NCBI GenBank assembly: GCA_024231215.1
Contig: JAAEQR010000195.1
Coordinates: 298,488 to 362,487, forward strand
Source of the DNA: PVC group bacterium
GTDB lineage: Bacteria; Omnitrophota; Gorgyraeia; B26-G9
Direction of reading: 5' to 3'
DNA length: 64,000 nt
Part shown: piece by piece, positions 9,282 through 17,979 of the stretch
How the letters are laid out: the number at the start of each line of letters is the position of its first letter
Position numbering within the stretch: the stretch's first letter is position 1
Notes under the pieces: generated by a model
Database searches by the model: none
What the model was told of the DNA's origin: nothing
Seen by the model: the letters and a program-made list of their open reading frames with translations, nothing else
Translations under genes and position numbers: made by a program

Positions 9282-10307
9282 ATGGTAAAAAAGCACATAG
9301 ACCTCTCTAAAATTACTGAGGAAGAACTGCTTGATCTAAGGGTTCGCGACTTACCTTTATCTATAACCGGGACATGGCTCCAGGAGTGTGTAACCCATAT
9401 TTACTCAGAATTGGAGGCCAAGGGAATACTTTTTAAGCCTGAATGTTATCTGGCAGATGAGTGGCTTACCCCCGATGGTGAGCCGGTAGTGGGAGTTCCA
9501 TTCTTTTTAGCGCATCCTGCGCTTATGAAATTAGAAAAAAAGTTTATGCTTGATGTGGAGGGTGGCACTAAACACTGGTGTATGAAATTATTGCGCCATG
9601 AAACAGGTCATGCTATAAATTATGCTTACAAACTGCATAAAAAAAAGAAATGGCGTAAAATTTTCGGGCCTTTTAGTCAGGAATATGCGGATACTTATAA
9701 ATACCGGCCGTATAGCAAAAGCTTTGTGCGGCATTTGGAGGATTATTATGCACAGTATCATCCGGATGAAGACTTTGCTGAGACTTTTGCTGTGTGGCTT
9801 ACGCCTCATCATAACTGGCGTGCAAAATATAAAGGATGGAAAGCTCTGGCTAAGCTACAGTATGTAGAAGAGCTGATGCAGAAGATAAAACAAGAAGAAC
9901 CAATGCATAAAAAAGGCAAAAAATGCTGGCAGGCAGCGTGTCTAAAAATAACTTTAAAGAATTATTATAAGAAAAAAAGACGTTTTTGCGCAGAGGATTT
10001 TCCTGATTTTCATGATATAAATTTAAAGAGAATTTTTAATGAAAAGAACGATGAAAATAAAAAATGTCTACCTGCGTCTAAGCTGATTGCTGCGCATAGA
10101 AAAAATATCATAAGCAGTGTATATGTTTGGACGGGCGAAAAGAAATATATGATCAACGATGTTTTAAAAACTCTAATGACCAGATGTAAAGAGCTTGATC
10201 TAGTTATGGTGGATCCAGAAGCTGTAGCGATTTTGCGGTTTTCAACATATGTTTCTACCTTGATTATGAACTATATGTATACAGGTAAATTGCGGGGTGA
10301 TAAATGA
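9282..10307 (+). CDS. putative zinc metallopeptidase-like protein (HExxH)
   Basis: 'LLRHETGHAINYAY' HExxH motif with a downstream E/D-rich segment, no signal peptide and a lysine-rich C-terminus. Its stop overlaps the next gene's ATG (ATGA). Confidence 0.5.
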   Translation: MVKKHIDLSKITEEELLDLRVRDLPLSITGTWLQECVTHIYSELEAKGILFKPECYLADEWLTPDGEPVVGVPFFLAHPALMKLEKKFMLDVEGGTKHWCMKLLRHETGHAINYAYKLHKKKKWRKIFGPFSQEYADTYKYRPYSKSFVRHLEDYYAQYHPDEDFAETFAVWLTPHHNWRAKYKGWKALAKLQYVEELMQKIKQEEPMHKKGKKCWQAACLKITLKNYYKKKRRFCAEDFPDFHDINLKRIFNEKNDENKKCLPASKLIAAHRKNIISSVYVWTGEKKYMINDVLKTLMTRCKELDLVMVDPEAVAILRFSTYVSTLIMNYMYTGKLRGDK

Positions 10308-11320
10308 GAAATAAATATAGGGTTTTGCAGGTTTTTGATACTCCTTATACTACGGCTCGGGATTATGATTTCGCTACTGAGTTCCAGGAGTTTGACTGGA
10401 TGACTGAAGATGATGTATATACCACGCTTTGCGATAATGGTCATGACGTAAGGCTTTTAGGAATTCACAATGATATTAATCCGCTGATAGAAGAAATAAA
10501 AAAATTTAAGCCGGATGTTGTGTTTAATCTTACTGAAGTTTTTAATCAGAAGACTTATCTGGATAAAAATTTTGCCGGAGTTCTGGAAATGCTGGAGATA
10601 CCCTATACTGGGGCTTCTCCGGATGCTTTGTTGATTTGTAATAATAAAGCTTTAAGTAAAAAGATATTGAGTTTTCATAAAATAAGAGGGCCTAAATTCT
10701 ATGTTTTTTATCGGAGCAAAAAGGTTTGGCTTCCGAAGAAATTAAAATTACCTTTGATCGTAAAGCCTTTATCCGAGGAGGGGTCGCGTGGGATTGCGTT
10801 GGCTTCAGTTGTGGATAATGAAGAAGCGTTTTTAGAAAGAGTTAACTTTATCCATGAAAAGATGAATAGTGATGCAATTGTAGAGGAATATATTGAGGGC
10901 AGGGAATTGTATGTTAGTGTGCTTGGTAATAAGAAAATCAGGGTTTTACCGCCACGGGAAGTTAAGTTTGGAAATATTCCCGATGACGAGCCGCGCATTG
11001 CCACTTATAAGGCTAAATGGGATTTTAAGTATCGGGAAAAATGGGGAATAAAAAATGAATTTGCCGGGAAACTGCCTAATGGTGCGGCAAAGAAGATTGA
11101 AGATGTGTGTAAGCGTGCTTATCGGGCATTAAATATGCATTGTTATGCTCGTTTTGATATACGGCTAACCCCAGATGGTAAGGTTTATATAATTGAAGCT
11201 AATGCTAATCCTTGTTTAGCCCACAATGATGAAGTAGGCCAGTCTGCAGAAAAGGCAGGAATTTCATATAATAAACTTCTAAATCAGATTATTTCTCTTG
11301 CTTTTCGCAGAAAAAGATAA
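10304..11320 (+). CDS. ATP-grasp ligase (Ddl/RimK-like)
   Basis: 'IPYTGASPDALLICNNKALSKKIL', 'IVKPLSEEGSRGI', 'EEYIEGRELYVSVLG' and 'YARFDIRLTPDGKVYIIEANANP' give a full ATP-grasp signature. Confidence 0.75.
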   Translation: MRNKYRVLQVFDTPYTTARDYDFATEFQEFDWMTEDDVYTTLCDNGHDVRLLGIHNDINPLIEEIKKFKPDVVFNLTEVFNQKTYLDKNFAGVLEMLEIPYTGASPDALLICNNKALSKKILSFHKIRGPKFYVFYRSKKVWLPKKLKLPLIVKPLSEEGSRGIALASVVDNEEAFLERVNFIHEKMNSDAIVEEYIEGRELYVSVLGNKKIRVLPPREVKFGNIPDDEPRIATYKAKWDFKYREKWGIKNEFAGKLPNGAAKKIEDVCKRAYRALNMHCYARFDIRLTPDGKVYIIEANANPCLAHNDEVGQSAEKAGISYNKLLNQIISLAFRRKR

Positions 11321-11375
11321 TGAAGTGAAAAAAATAACATATTCATAGATTATCTTGTAATATTTGATAGGGAGC

Positions 11376-11404
11376 TTGACATAGCATCTATAGTTATATA
11401 ATAT
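11376..11404 (+). promoter_or_regulatory. sigma70-like promoter (TTGACA 11376-11381, 17-nt spacer, TAATAT 11399-11404)
   Basis: Read directly from the sequence; it precedes the receiver-pilB operon. Confidence 0.45.
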
Positions 11405-11490
11405 AGTATTATATAATTGGGATAAAGTAGAATTAGAATGTGGTAATATGGTTATTAACTGGTTTATAAAAAGGTGAAAATGGGATTAAG

Positions 11491-11865
11491 ATGAAAAAAA
11501 TATTAGTGGTTGATGATGAACATGATATGGTTACAATTTTAAAAGCAAGGTTAGAAAAAAGAGGATTTGCAGTGGTATCTGCTTATGATGGAGCAGAGGG
11601 GCTGGAAAAGATAGATGAAGAAAATCCGGATTTGATTATTCTGGATATTATAATGCCTAAGATGGATGGTTACACGGTTATAAAAGAGTTAAAAAAACGG
11701 TCAATGAAAGAGGGAAGTTCTTTAATTCCTGTCATAGTTCTTACCGCAAAAGATAAGATGCAGGATCTTTTTGCGATGGAAGGTGTAACAGATTATATTA
11801 TTAAGCCGTTTGAAGTGCCTGAGCTTTTGGATAAAATCAATAAATTGATCGGGGAAGCTAAATAG
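11491..11865 (+). CDS. response regulator receiver domain protein (CheY-like, stand-alone REC)
   Basis: 'VVDDEHDMV...DLIILDIIMPKMDG...K' conserved D/D/K of REC. Confidence 0.85.
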   Translation: MKKILVVDDEHDMVTILKARLEKRGFAVVSAYDGAEGLEKIDEENPDLIILDIIMPKMDGYTVIKELKKRSMKEGSSLIPVIVLTAKDKMQDLFAMEGVTDYIIKPFEVPELLDKINKLIGEAK

Positions 11866-11867
11866 AT

Positions 11868-12236
11868 ATGAAGAAAAAGATATTAATTGTTGATGATGAA
11901 GCAGATCTGGTGAAAGTAGTAAAGATGAGGCTTAAGGTATCAGGCTATGAACCATTGACTGCCACTTCTGGGGCGGAAGGGCTGGAAGTAGCTAAAAAAG
12001 AAACACCGGATCTTATACTTTTGGATGTTTCTATGCCGGAGATGGATGGTTATCAAACTTTAGAAAAGATTAAAGCCGATTCTCAGTTGGCGGATATTCC
12101 CGTCATTATGTTTACGGCACATAGTCAGGCTGATGATATTGCTAATGCGGCGCAGTTAGGGGCGGTCGATTATATTGTAAAGCCGTTTAATCATTTGACC
12201 TTACTAGAAAAAGTCCGTACGTGGTTAACTCGGTAA
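11868..12236 (+). CDS. response regulator receiver domain protein (CheY-like, stand-alone REC)
   Basis: A second REC, 'IVDDEADLV...DLILLDVSMPEMDG'. Confidence 0.85.
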   Translation: MKKKILIVDDEADLVKVVKMRLKVSGYEPLTATSGAEGLEVAKKETPDLILLDVSMPEMDGYQTLEKIKADSQLADIPVIMFTAHSQADDIANAAQLGAVDYIVKPFNHLTLLEKVRTWLTR

Positions 12237-12254
12237 TACGAGATAGGGGACTGC

Positions 12255-13961
12255 ATGTCTGAAAAAACAACCAAATTGATTGATGTTTTATTGTCTGATA
12301 AATTAATTACTCAAGCTCAATTAGATGAAGCCTGGGCAGAACATAAAAAAAGTGGTACTTCAATCCATAAGATATTGGTCAATAGAGGTTATCTTAGTTC
12401 AGAGCAGCTGGCTTTGATCCTCTCACAAGAATTAGATATCCCATATGTAACCTTAGCCGGGCAAAAGCTTGATCCTCAGGTAATAAAAATGCTACCGGAA
12501 GATGTAGCTCGTAAATATAAAGCGATTCCGGTTATGCTTGAGGAAGACAGTTTGTATGTGGCTTTTGTTTGGCCTTTAAACCTGCCTGTAAGAGATGAAA
12601 TAAAGTTGATTATCGGATGCAATATATCCCCCATGGTTGCCACAGAAAAAGATATCGATCAAGCGATAAATCAGTATTACAGTGTGGAAGACAGCAGTAA
12701 ACAGGTTTTGACTGATTTACGCATGCAGCAGCATAAAGAACAGCAGGAAGATGGAGATATCATATCTGTTGAGGATGAGATCGGAAAATTAGAAGATATT
12801 CCGGTGGTTCGCTTATTAAATACGATTATCAACGGAGCAATAAATATGAAGGCTAGTGATATTCATCTTGAACCGCAGGACCCAGAAATGAAAGTTCGTT
12901 ACCGGGTAGATGGTATTTTACGGGATGTTATGAGCATTCCCCGGCATATTGAACCAGCCATGCTTTCCCGAATTAAGGTGATGGCTAATTTAGATATTGC
13001 GGAAAAACGCCGTTCCCAGGACGGCCATATTAATATAAAAAAAGAAGGACAAGAATATGATTTGAGAGTTTCTACATTACTCACAGTTAACGGTGAGAAA
13101 GTAGTAATGAGGATTCTGGATAGAAGCAGTGCGTTGATTAGTTTGCTTCAGATGGGTTTAAATCCGGAAGAAGAACAATTAGTTAGCACAATGATCAATA
13201 AGCCTTATGGAATGATTTTAGTTACCGGACCTACGGGGAGTGGTAAAACAACTACTTTGTACGCAATACTTAATCAATTGAACGATTCAATCAGAAATAT
13301 TATTACAATAGAAAATCCGGTGGAATATAATATAGCGGGAATAAATCAAATCCAGGTGGATCCGGCGATTGATATGACATTTTCTGCAGGATTAAAAACT
13401 ATACTGCGGCAGGATCCTGACATAATCATGGTTGGAGAAATAAGAGATAAAGAGACCGCGGAGATTGCGATTCAGGCGGCATTAACCGGTCATTTGGTAC
13501 TGAGCACTTTACATACAAACGATGCTCCCCGAGCGGTAACGAGGCTTATAGATATGGGCGTTGAACCGTTTTTGATTTCATCTACCGTGATTGGAACAAT
13601 TGCGCAAAGATTATGCCGCAGGATTTGTCCTGAATGCAAATCAGAAATCAAACCTTGTAAAGAAGAATTGCAGAAAATAGGAGTGGCTAAAACAGATTCT
13701 GAAGTGAAATTTTTTCAGGGAAAAGGCTGTGATTATTGTTATCAGACTGGGTATCGGGGAAGAACGGGTATTTTTGAGATCATGCCTGTTAGTGATGGAA
13801 TTAGTAAGCTTATTGTTAAGGGCCGGCCGGCCTCGGAAATTAAAGCTCAAGCAATACAGGCAGGGATGAAGACTTTAAAAGAAAATGGACGCAGAAAAAT
13901 TCTTGAAGGAATTTCTACGCTTGAAGAAGTTGAGCGGGTTGTATATGTTGAGGATGATTGA
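12255..13961 (+). CDS. pilB: type IV pilus assembly ATPase PilB / GspE family
   Basis: N-terminal GspE_N domain, Walker A 'GPTGSGKTTT', and a tetracysteine motif 'CPEC...GCDYC'. Confidence 0.88.
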   Translation: MSEKTTKLIDVLLSDKLITQAQLDEAWAEHKKSGTSIHKILVNRGYLSSEQLALILSQELDIPYVTLAGQKLDPQVIKMLPEDVARKYKAIPVMLEEDSLYVAFVWPLNLPVRDEIKLIIGCNISPMVATEKDIDQAINQYYSVEDSSKQVLTDLRMQQHKEQQEDGDIISVEDEIGKLEDIPVVRLLNTIINGAINMKASDIHLEPQDPEMKVRYRVDGILRDVMSIPRHIEPAMLSRIKVMANLDIAEKRRSQDGHINIKKEGQEYDLRVSTLLTVNGEKVVMRILDRSSALISLLQMGLNPEEEQLVSTMINKPYGMILVTGPTGSGKTTTLYAILNQLNDSIRNIITIENPVEYNIAGINQIQVDPAIDMTFSAGLKTILRQDPDIIMVGEIRDKETAEIAIQAALTGHLVLSTLHTNDAPRAVTRLIDMGVEPFLISSTVIGTIAQRLCRRICPECKSEIKPCKEELQKIGVAKTDSEVKFFQGKGCDYCYQTGYRGRTGIFEIMPVSDGISKLIVKGRPASEIKAQAIQAGMKTLKENGRRKILEGISTLEEVERVVYVEDD

Positions 13962-15166
13962 CAATGGCGATTTTTAAATACACGGCTAAAGATAGTTCAG
14001 GGAAAATTTATCAGGGGGCACTAGAGGCTCGGGATGAGCAAGTTCTGCGTAGCCGGCTTAAAGAAAGCGGATTTTATGTTACTTCTTTGAAAAAAAAGAT
14101 GGGGTTTTCTTTTGATCCAAAAGAACCGAAAGTAAAATTAGATGATTTAGTATCTTTTGGCCAGCAATTTGCCGGTATGTTGGGGGCGGGATTGCCGATT
14201 ATTCGTTGTTTAAGAGCTTTGGAGAAGCAATCGGAAAATCTGGGGTTAAAAAGAATATCGAGGGATTTAAGGCTTGATATTGAAGGAGGGGCTGCGTTAT
14301 CTGAAGCACTGGCAAAACACCCACAGGTATTTTCAGACTTTTTTGTCAGTCTTATTCAGGCCGGGGAAAAAGCCGGGATGATGGATAAGGTTTGGGATCG
14401 GCTGGCTGCTTATCTGGAAAAACAACAGGATTTAATCCGAAAGGTAAAAGGTGCTTTTGCTTATCCGGTAATTGTTGGCATTATTGCTTTTTGTGTAATG
14501 ACTTTTTTAGTATTAGTAATTGTTCCCATATTTAAGGATGTTTATGATCGGATTAATGTTCCGTTGCCCGGGCCGACAGTGGCTTTGATTGCTTTAAGTA
14601 ATTTTAGTCGTAAATTCTGGTGGGTAATATTACTTGCTGGTGCTGGGGTGGGTATTCTCTTCCGGAAAATTAAAAAGATTTCTAAGATCAGAAAAGGGTT
14701 AGATCATTTTAAAATAAATATGCCGATTTTTGGAACCCTTATTCGTAAGGCATCAATAGCTCGTTTTATTCGTACATTTGCCGATATGCTGGATAGTGGA
14801 GTTGGTATATTAGAGTCTATAGATGTGGCTGGAAAAGTGGCCGGGAATAAAGCGGTTTTAGAATTAGTCGATAAGATGAGAGATAGTGTTAGGCAGGGAG
14901 GCAACCTTAGTGATTCTTTGCAGAAGCAAACTATATTCCCTGCTTCAGCTGTACAGATGATTTCAGCGGGGGAAGAAAGTGGCAACCTGCCGTATATGCT
15001 GCAAAAAAGTGCGGATACCTTAGAACGGGATGTGGATATAGCGGTAAAGCGTTTGATGATAAAAATAGAACCGTTATTGACGATGTTGTTAGCAATTTTG
15101 ATTGGATTTATTGCGATGGCTATTTATTTGCCGATGTTTGATTTAATTAAACAGATAAATGCGTGA
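13958..15166 (+). CDS. pilC: type IV pilus / T2SS platform protein PilC/GspF
   Basis: Two GspF repeats in a 3-TM-per-repeat topology; overlaps pilB by 4 nt. Confidence 0.85.
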   Translation: MTMAIFKYTAKDSSGKIYQGALEARDEQVLRSRLKESGFYVTSLKKKMGFSFDPKEPKVKLDDLVSFGQQFAGMLGAGLPIIRCLRALEKQSENLGLKRISRDLRLDIEGGAALSEALAKHPQVFSDFFVSLIQAGEKAGMMDKVWDRLAAYLEKQQDLIRKVKGAFAYPVIVGIIAFCVMTFLVLVIVPIFKDVYDRINVPLPGPTVALIALSNFSRKFWWVILLAGAGVGILFRKIKKISKIRKGLDHFKINMPIFGTLIRKASIARFIRTFADMLDSGVGILESIDVAGKVAGNKAVLELVDKMRDSVRQGGNLSDSLQKQTIFPASAVQMISAGEESGNLPYMLQKSADTLERDVDIAVKRLMIKIEPLLTMLLAILIGFIAMAIYLPMFDLIKQINA

Positions 15167-15205
15167 TGATTATTGAAGGGGGGGGGTAAATAGGAATGTC
15201 TGTAG

Positions 15206-15225
15206 GGAACGGGCTAGCCCGTTCC
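15206..15225 (+). other. perfect 8-bp stem-loop (GGAACGGG-CTAG-CCCGTTCC) between pilC and the major pilin gene
   Basis: Read directly from the sequence. No T-tract follows it, so it may be a processing or attenuation site that sets the pilin:machinery stoichiometry. Confidence 0.35.
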
Positions 15226-15265
15226 GTTATAAAGCAATTAAAACAAAAAGAAAGGGGTTATTGTT

Positions 15266-15586
15266 ATGAAGAAGGGGTTTACATTGTTGGAAATACTTTT
15301 TGTAGTTGTAGTTATTGCTATTTTAGCAGCAATTGCTATTCCGAGAATTGTTACTACCAGTGCTACAGCTAAGACTAATGCCTGTAAAGCTAATCAGGCG
15401 ATTATGAATACCCAGATAGAACAATATCAGCTAGATCAAGGCAGCTGGCCGGGGACATTGGCGACAGTTACAAATAATGCCAGTTATTTTCCGGATGGCG
15501 CACCGACATGTCCTGCCGGAGCATTTGCTAATTTTGCGATGAGCGGAACTACTTACAGGGTGAGCTGTAATACCAGCGGGCATTAA
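15266..15586 (+). CDS. prepilin-type N-terminal cleavage/methylation domain protein (major pilin candidate)
   Basis: 'MKKG|FTLLEILFVVVVIAILAAIAIP' class III signal and a C-terminal Cys pair. Confidence 0.85.
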   Translation: MKKGFTLLEILFVVVVIAILAAIAIPRIVTTSATAKTNACKANQAIMNTQIEQYQLDQGSWPGTLATVTNNASYFPDGAPTCPAGAFANFAMSGTTYRVSCNTSGH

Positions 15587-15590
15587 TATA

Positions 15591-16025
15591 GTGTTGCGAA
15601 ACAAAGGTTTTACGCTGATAGAATTATTGTTTGTTGTGTTGATTCTGGGGATATTGTCCGGAATTGCTTTATTCCGGCCTGGGCTTGATTTTGTGAGAGA
15701 AACAAAAGTCAGGACTACAGCTCAGCGCTTGGTTTCTGATTTGCGTCTTGCCAGGAGACTGGCAATTACCAATAACGAGAATTATAAGCTTACTGTTTAT
15801 CGAAGACAGTTAGAATATAAGATTTTTGATTCTAATAATAATCAATCCGGCAGTACCAGGACTGTTTATCCAGGATTTAAATTAAAAAGACAGACAAACT
15901 TCATTTTTGAACCATTAGGGAACCTTTCCAGTTCAAGTGGAACAAGACTTTCTGTTTCTGATGGAACTACTACGTACGAGATTGCTATTATTTCTGCCAC
16001 AGGTTCGATAAGCATGGCAAAATAA
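15591..16025 (+). CDS. pseudopilin (GspH/FimT-like)
   Basis: GTG start and leader 'MLRNKG|FTLIELLFVV'. Confidence 0.7.
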   Translation: MLRNKGFTLIELLFVVLILGILSGIALFRPGLDFVRETKVRTTAQRLVSDLRLARRLAITNNENYKLTVYRRQLEYKIFDSNNNQSGSTRTVYPGFKLKRQTNFIFEPLGNLSSSSGTRLSVSDGTTTYEIAIISATGSISMAK

Positions 16026-16048
16026 TGAAGCAATGTGGAACGTGTTGT

Positions 16049-16465
16049 ATGCAATTTAAAACGAAAAATAAAAGAGAAGCTTTTACTTTAACAGAGGTTT
16101 TAGCCGGGATAGTGCTCTTAGCATTGGCTATTATTCCCATGGCTAATTATCTGACGCAAAGTTTTGTTATTAGTGTGAGGGAAGAACGGATAACCAAAAC
16201 GATTTTTTTAGCCGAAAGAAAGATGGAAGAATTAAAAGGTAAGATTATTTATGATTTTAATACTGACCGGGATGCAAAAGCTACGGCATTTACAGATCCA
16301 GGGTATGGAAATTATAAATATATAGTTGATGATCAAACTATTGCAACCAAGAAATCAGGGTTGAAACAGATCCAGGTGCAGGTATGGTATGATGAGGATG
16401 GAGATAAGGTTATAGACAGCGATGAAGAATCCGTTACACTTAATACTAAAATTGCCCAAAGATAG
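16049..16465 (+). CDS. pseudopilin-like protein (GspI/PilV-like)
   Basis: '...REA|FTLTEVLAGIVLLALAI' N-methylation-type hydrophobic segment. The -1 residue is Ala rather than Gly; the ORF-track start 16025 is also possible. Confidence 0.55.
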   Translation: MQFKTKNKREAFTLTEVLAGIVLLALAIIPMANYLTQSFVISVREERITKTIFLAERKMEELKGKIIYDFNTDRDAKATAFTDPGYGNYKYIVDDQTIATKKSGLKQIQVQVWYDEDGDKVIDSDEESVTLNTKIAQR

Positions 16466-17555
16466 AAAAGGTTTTACGATCACGGAAGTGGTGTTTGTTA
16501 TCGCGTTGATTGCGATATTGACAGTTGCTATACTGCCCTATATTAGAGTTACTCAGAAAGCCTGGAAGACTATGGACCGGAGGCAGGAAGTAATCCAGAA
16601 TTCCCGCATTGGTATGGATAAAATGACGCGTATCTTGAGGGAGATGACAGGGCTTACCAGTGTGACAGCAGCTACTGATACTAGCGGCAGAATTGTTTTT
16701 CTGGATAAGGATGGCAATGCTACGGAATTTAAAAAATATAATGTTGGTTCTGAGGCGATGTTGGGGTATGTTACCGGCGGCAAAACATATGCTTTATGCG
16801 GGCCGATTACCAGTTTGAAGTTTACTTGTTATGCGGAAGATGGTGCTACCGCAACTACAACAGTTAGTGATATTAAATCAGTAAGTGTGGAGTTGATAAT
16901 TTCAGATAGTGAGGGAGAAGTAGCAACGCAAACTATGATTTCTCAGGCTTTTGTTCGTAAGGATGCTACTGAGCCAATTGTAATCAGCGAGATTATGTAT
17001 TATCCCTGTAAAAAAACAGGTAAGGATAAAGAAGAGCAATTTGAATGGATTGAGCTTTATAATAAAGGTTCTAGCGTGGTAGATTTAAATGGGTGGAAAC
17101 TTACAAATAGTGCGGCCTCGGATACGGATACTATTTCTGCTTATGGCGGAAGCTCTACTTCATTGCCTGCCGGCGGGTATGCAGTTGTAGGTACTAAGAA
17201 TACAAAGGTATTTAATAATTTAAAGGTTAATACAAAGATTAAGCTAAAGATAAATGATAATAAGTTTGATAAAAATCAGCTGGGTAATTACGGGGATAGC
17301 GTGGTGCTGAAAAATTCAAGTAATGTAGAAATAGATAGGGTGTCATATTCATCCGGCTGGGGTGGCGGTTATGCTAAGGGAAAAGCATATTCTCTGGAAC
17401 GTAAAGATCCATCCGGTGATTCTAATGATTCTGGTAATTGGGCGGAAAATAAAAGTAAAAAAGCAAATGTAACAGTTACGTTAGGGGATAAGAATAAAGT
17501 GCTGGTAGTTTCTTTTTACTGTACTCCGGGAGTAGAAAATAGTGTGGCTGAATAA
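16422..17555 (+). CDS. pseudopilin (GspJ/PilW-like) fused to a C-terminal lamin-tail domain (LTD, approx. nt 16969-17370)
   Basis: Leader '...KDRKG|FTITEVVFVIALIA'. LTD motifs 'VISEIMYYP...EWIELYN...VDLNGWKLT...GDSVVLKN...EIDRVSYS'. The true start may be the TTG at 16452, which gives leader MPKDRKG. Confidence 0.7.
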   Translation: MKNPLHLILKLPKDRKGFTITEVVFVIALIAILTVAILPYIRVTQKAWKTMDRRQEVIQNSRIGMDKMTRILREMTGLTSVTAATDTSGRIVFLDKDGNATEFKKYNVGSEAMLGYVTGGKTYALCGPITSLKFTCYAEDGATATTTVSDIKSVSVELIISDSEGEVATQTMISQAFVRKDATEPIVISEIMYYPCKKTGKDKEEQFEWIELYNKGSSVVDLNGWKLTNSAASDTDTISAYGGSSTSLPAGGYAVVGTKNTKVFNNLKVNTKIKLKINDNKFDKNQLGNYGDSVVLKNSSNVEIDRVSYSSGWGGGYAKGKAYSLERKDPSGDSNDSGNWAENKSKKANVTVTLGDKNKVLVVSFYCTPGVENSVAE

Positions 17556-17979
17556 AAAAGACAGATTACTCAACAATAATCAAAAAGGAGTGATTTTACT
17601 TCTTACGGTATTTATAATTTTTTTTATGTCTGTATTTATTGTTGGATATTTAGAGATTGCGGCTACAGAAACCGAGATTATGCGTAACCATCGCGGTTCT
17701 ACCCAGGCGCTTTATATCGCGGATGCGGGAATAGAAGATGCCTTATGGCAACTGCGGCAGAATCGCAAATGGAAAAAAGGATTTAAAAACAAGGTATTTC
17801 CCTCGGGGGAGAGTAGTAGTTATACGGTGACAATAAATAATAAGGGTTATCCAAGTGTAATTATTGCTTCTACTGGTACCGCCCCTGGTAATTATCAGCG
17901 CCAAGTTGAAATGGGGATTACAATAACTTCAACTTCCGCCCCTTGTAATCTTGTTGTGAACTATTGGAAGGAAATATGA
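17542..17979 (+). CDS. minor pseudopilin-like protein (PilX/GspK-like)
   Basis: N-terminal TM 'GVILLLTVFIIFFMSVFIVGYLEIAATE' with the conserved E; follows the other pseudopilins. Confidence 0.45.
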   Translation: MWLNKKDRLLNNNQKGVILLLTVFIIFFMSVFIVGYLEIAATETEIMRNHRGSTQALYIADAGIEDALWQLRQNRKWKKGFKNKVFPSGESSSYTVTINNKGYPSVIIASTGTAPGNYQRQVEMGITITSTSAPCNLVVNYWKEI

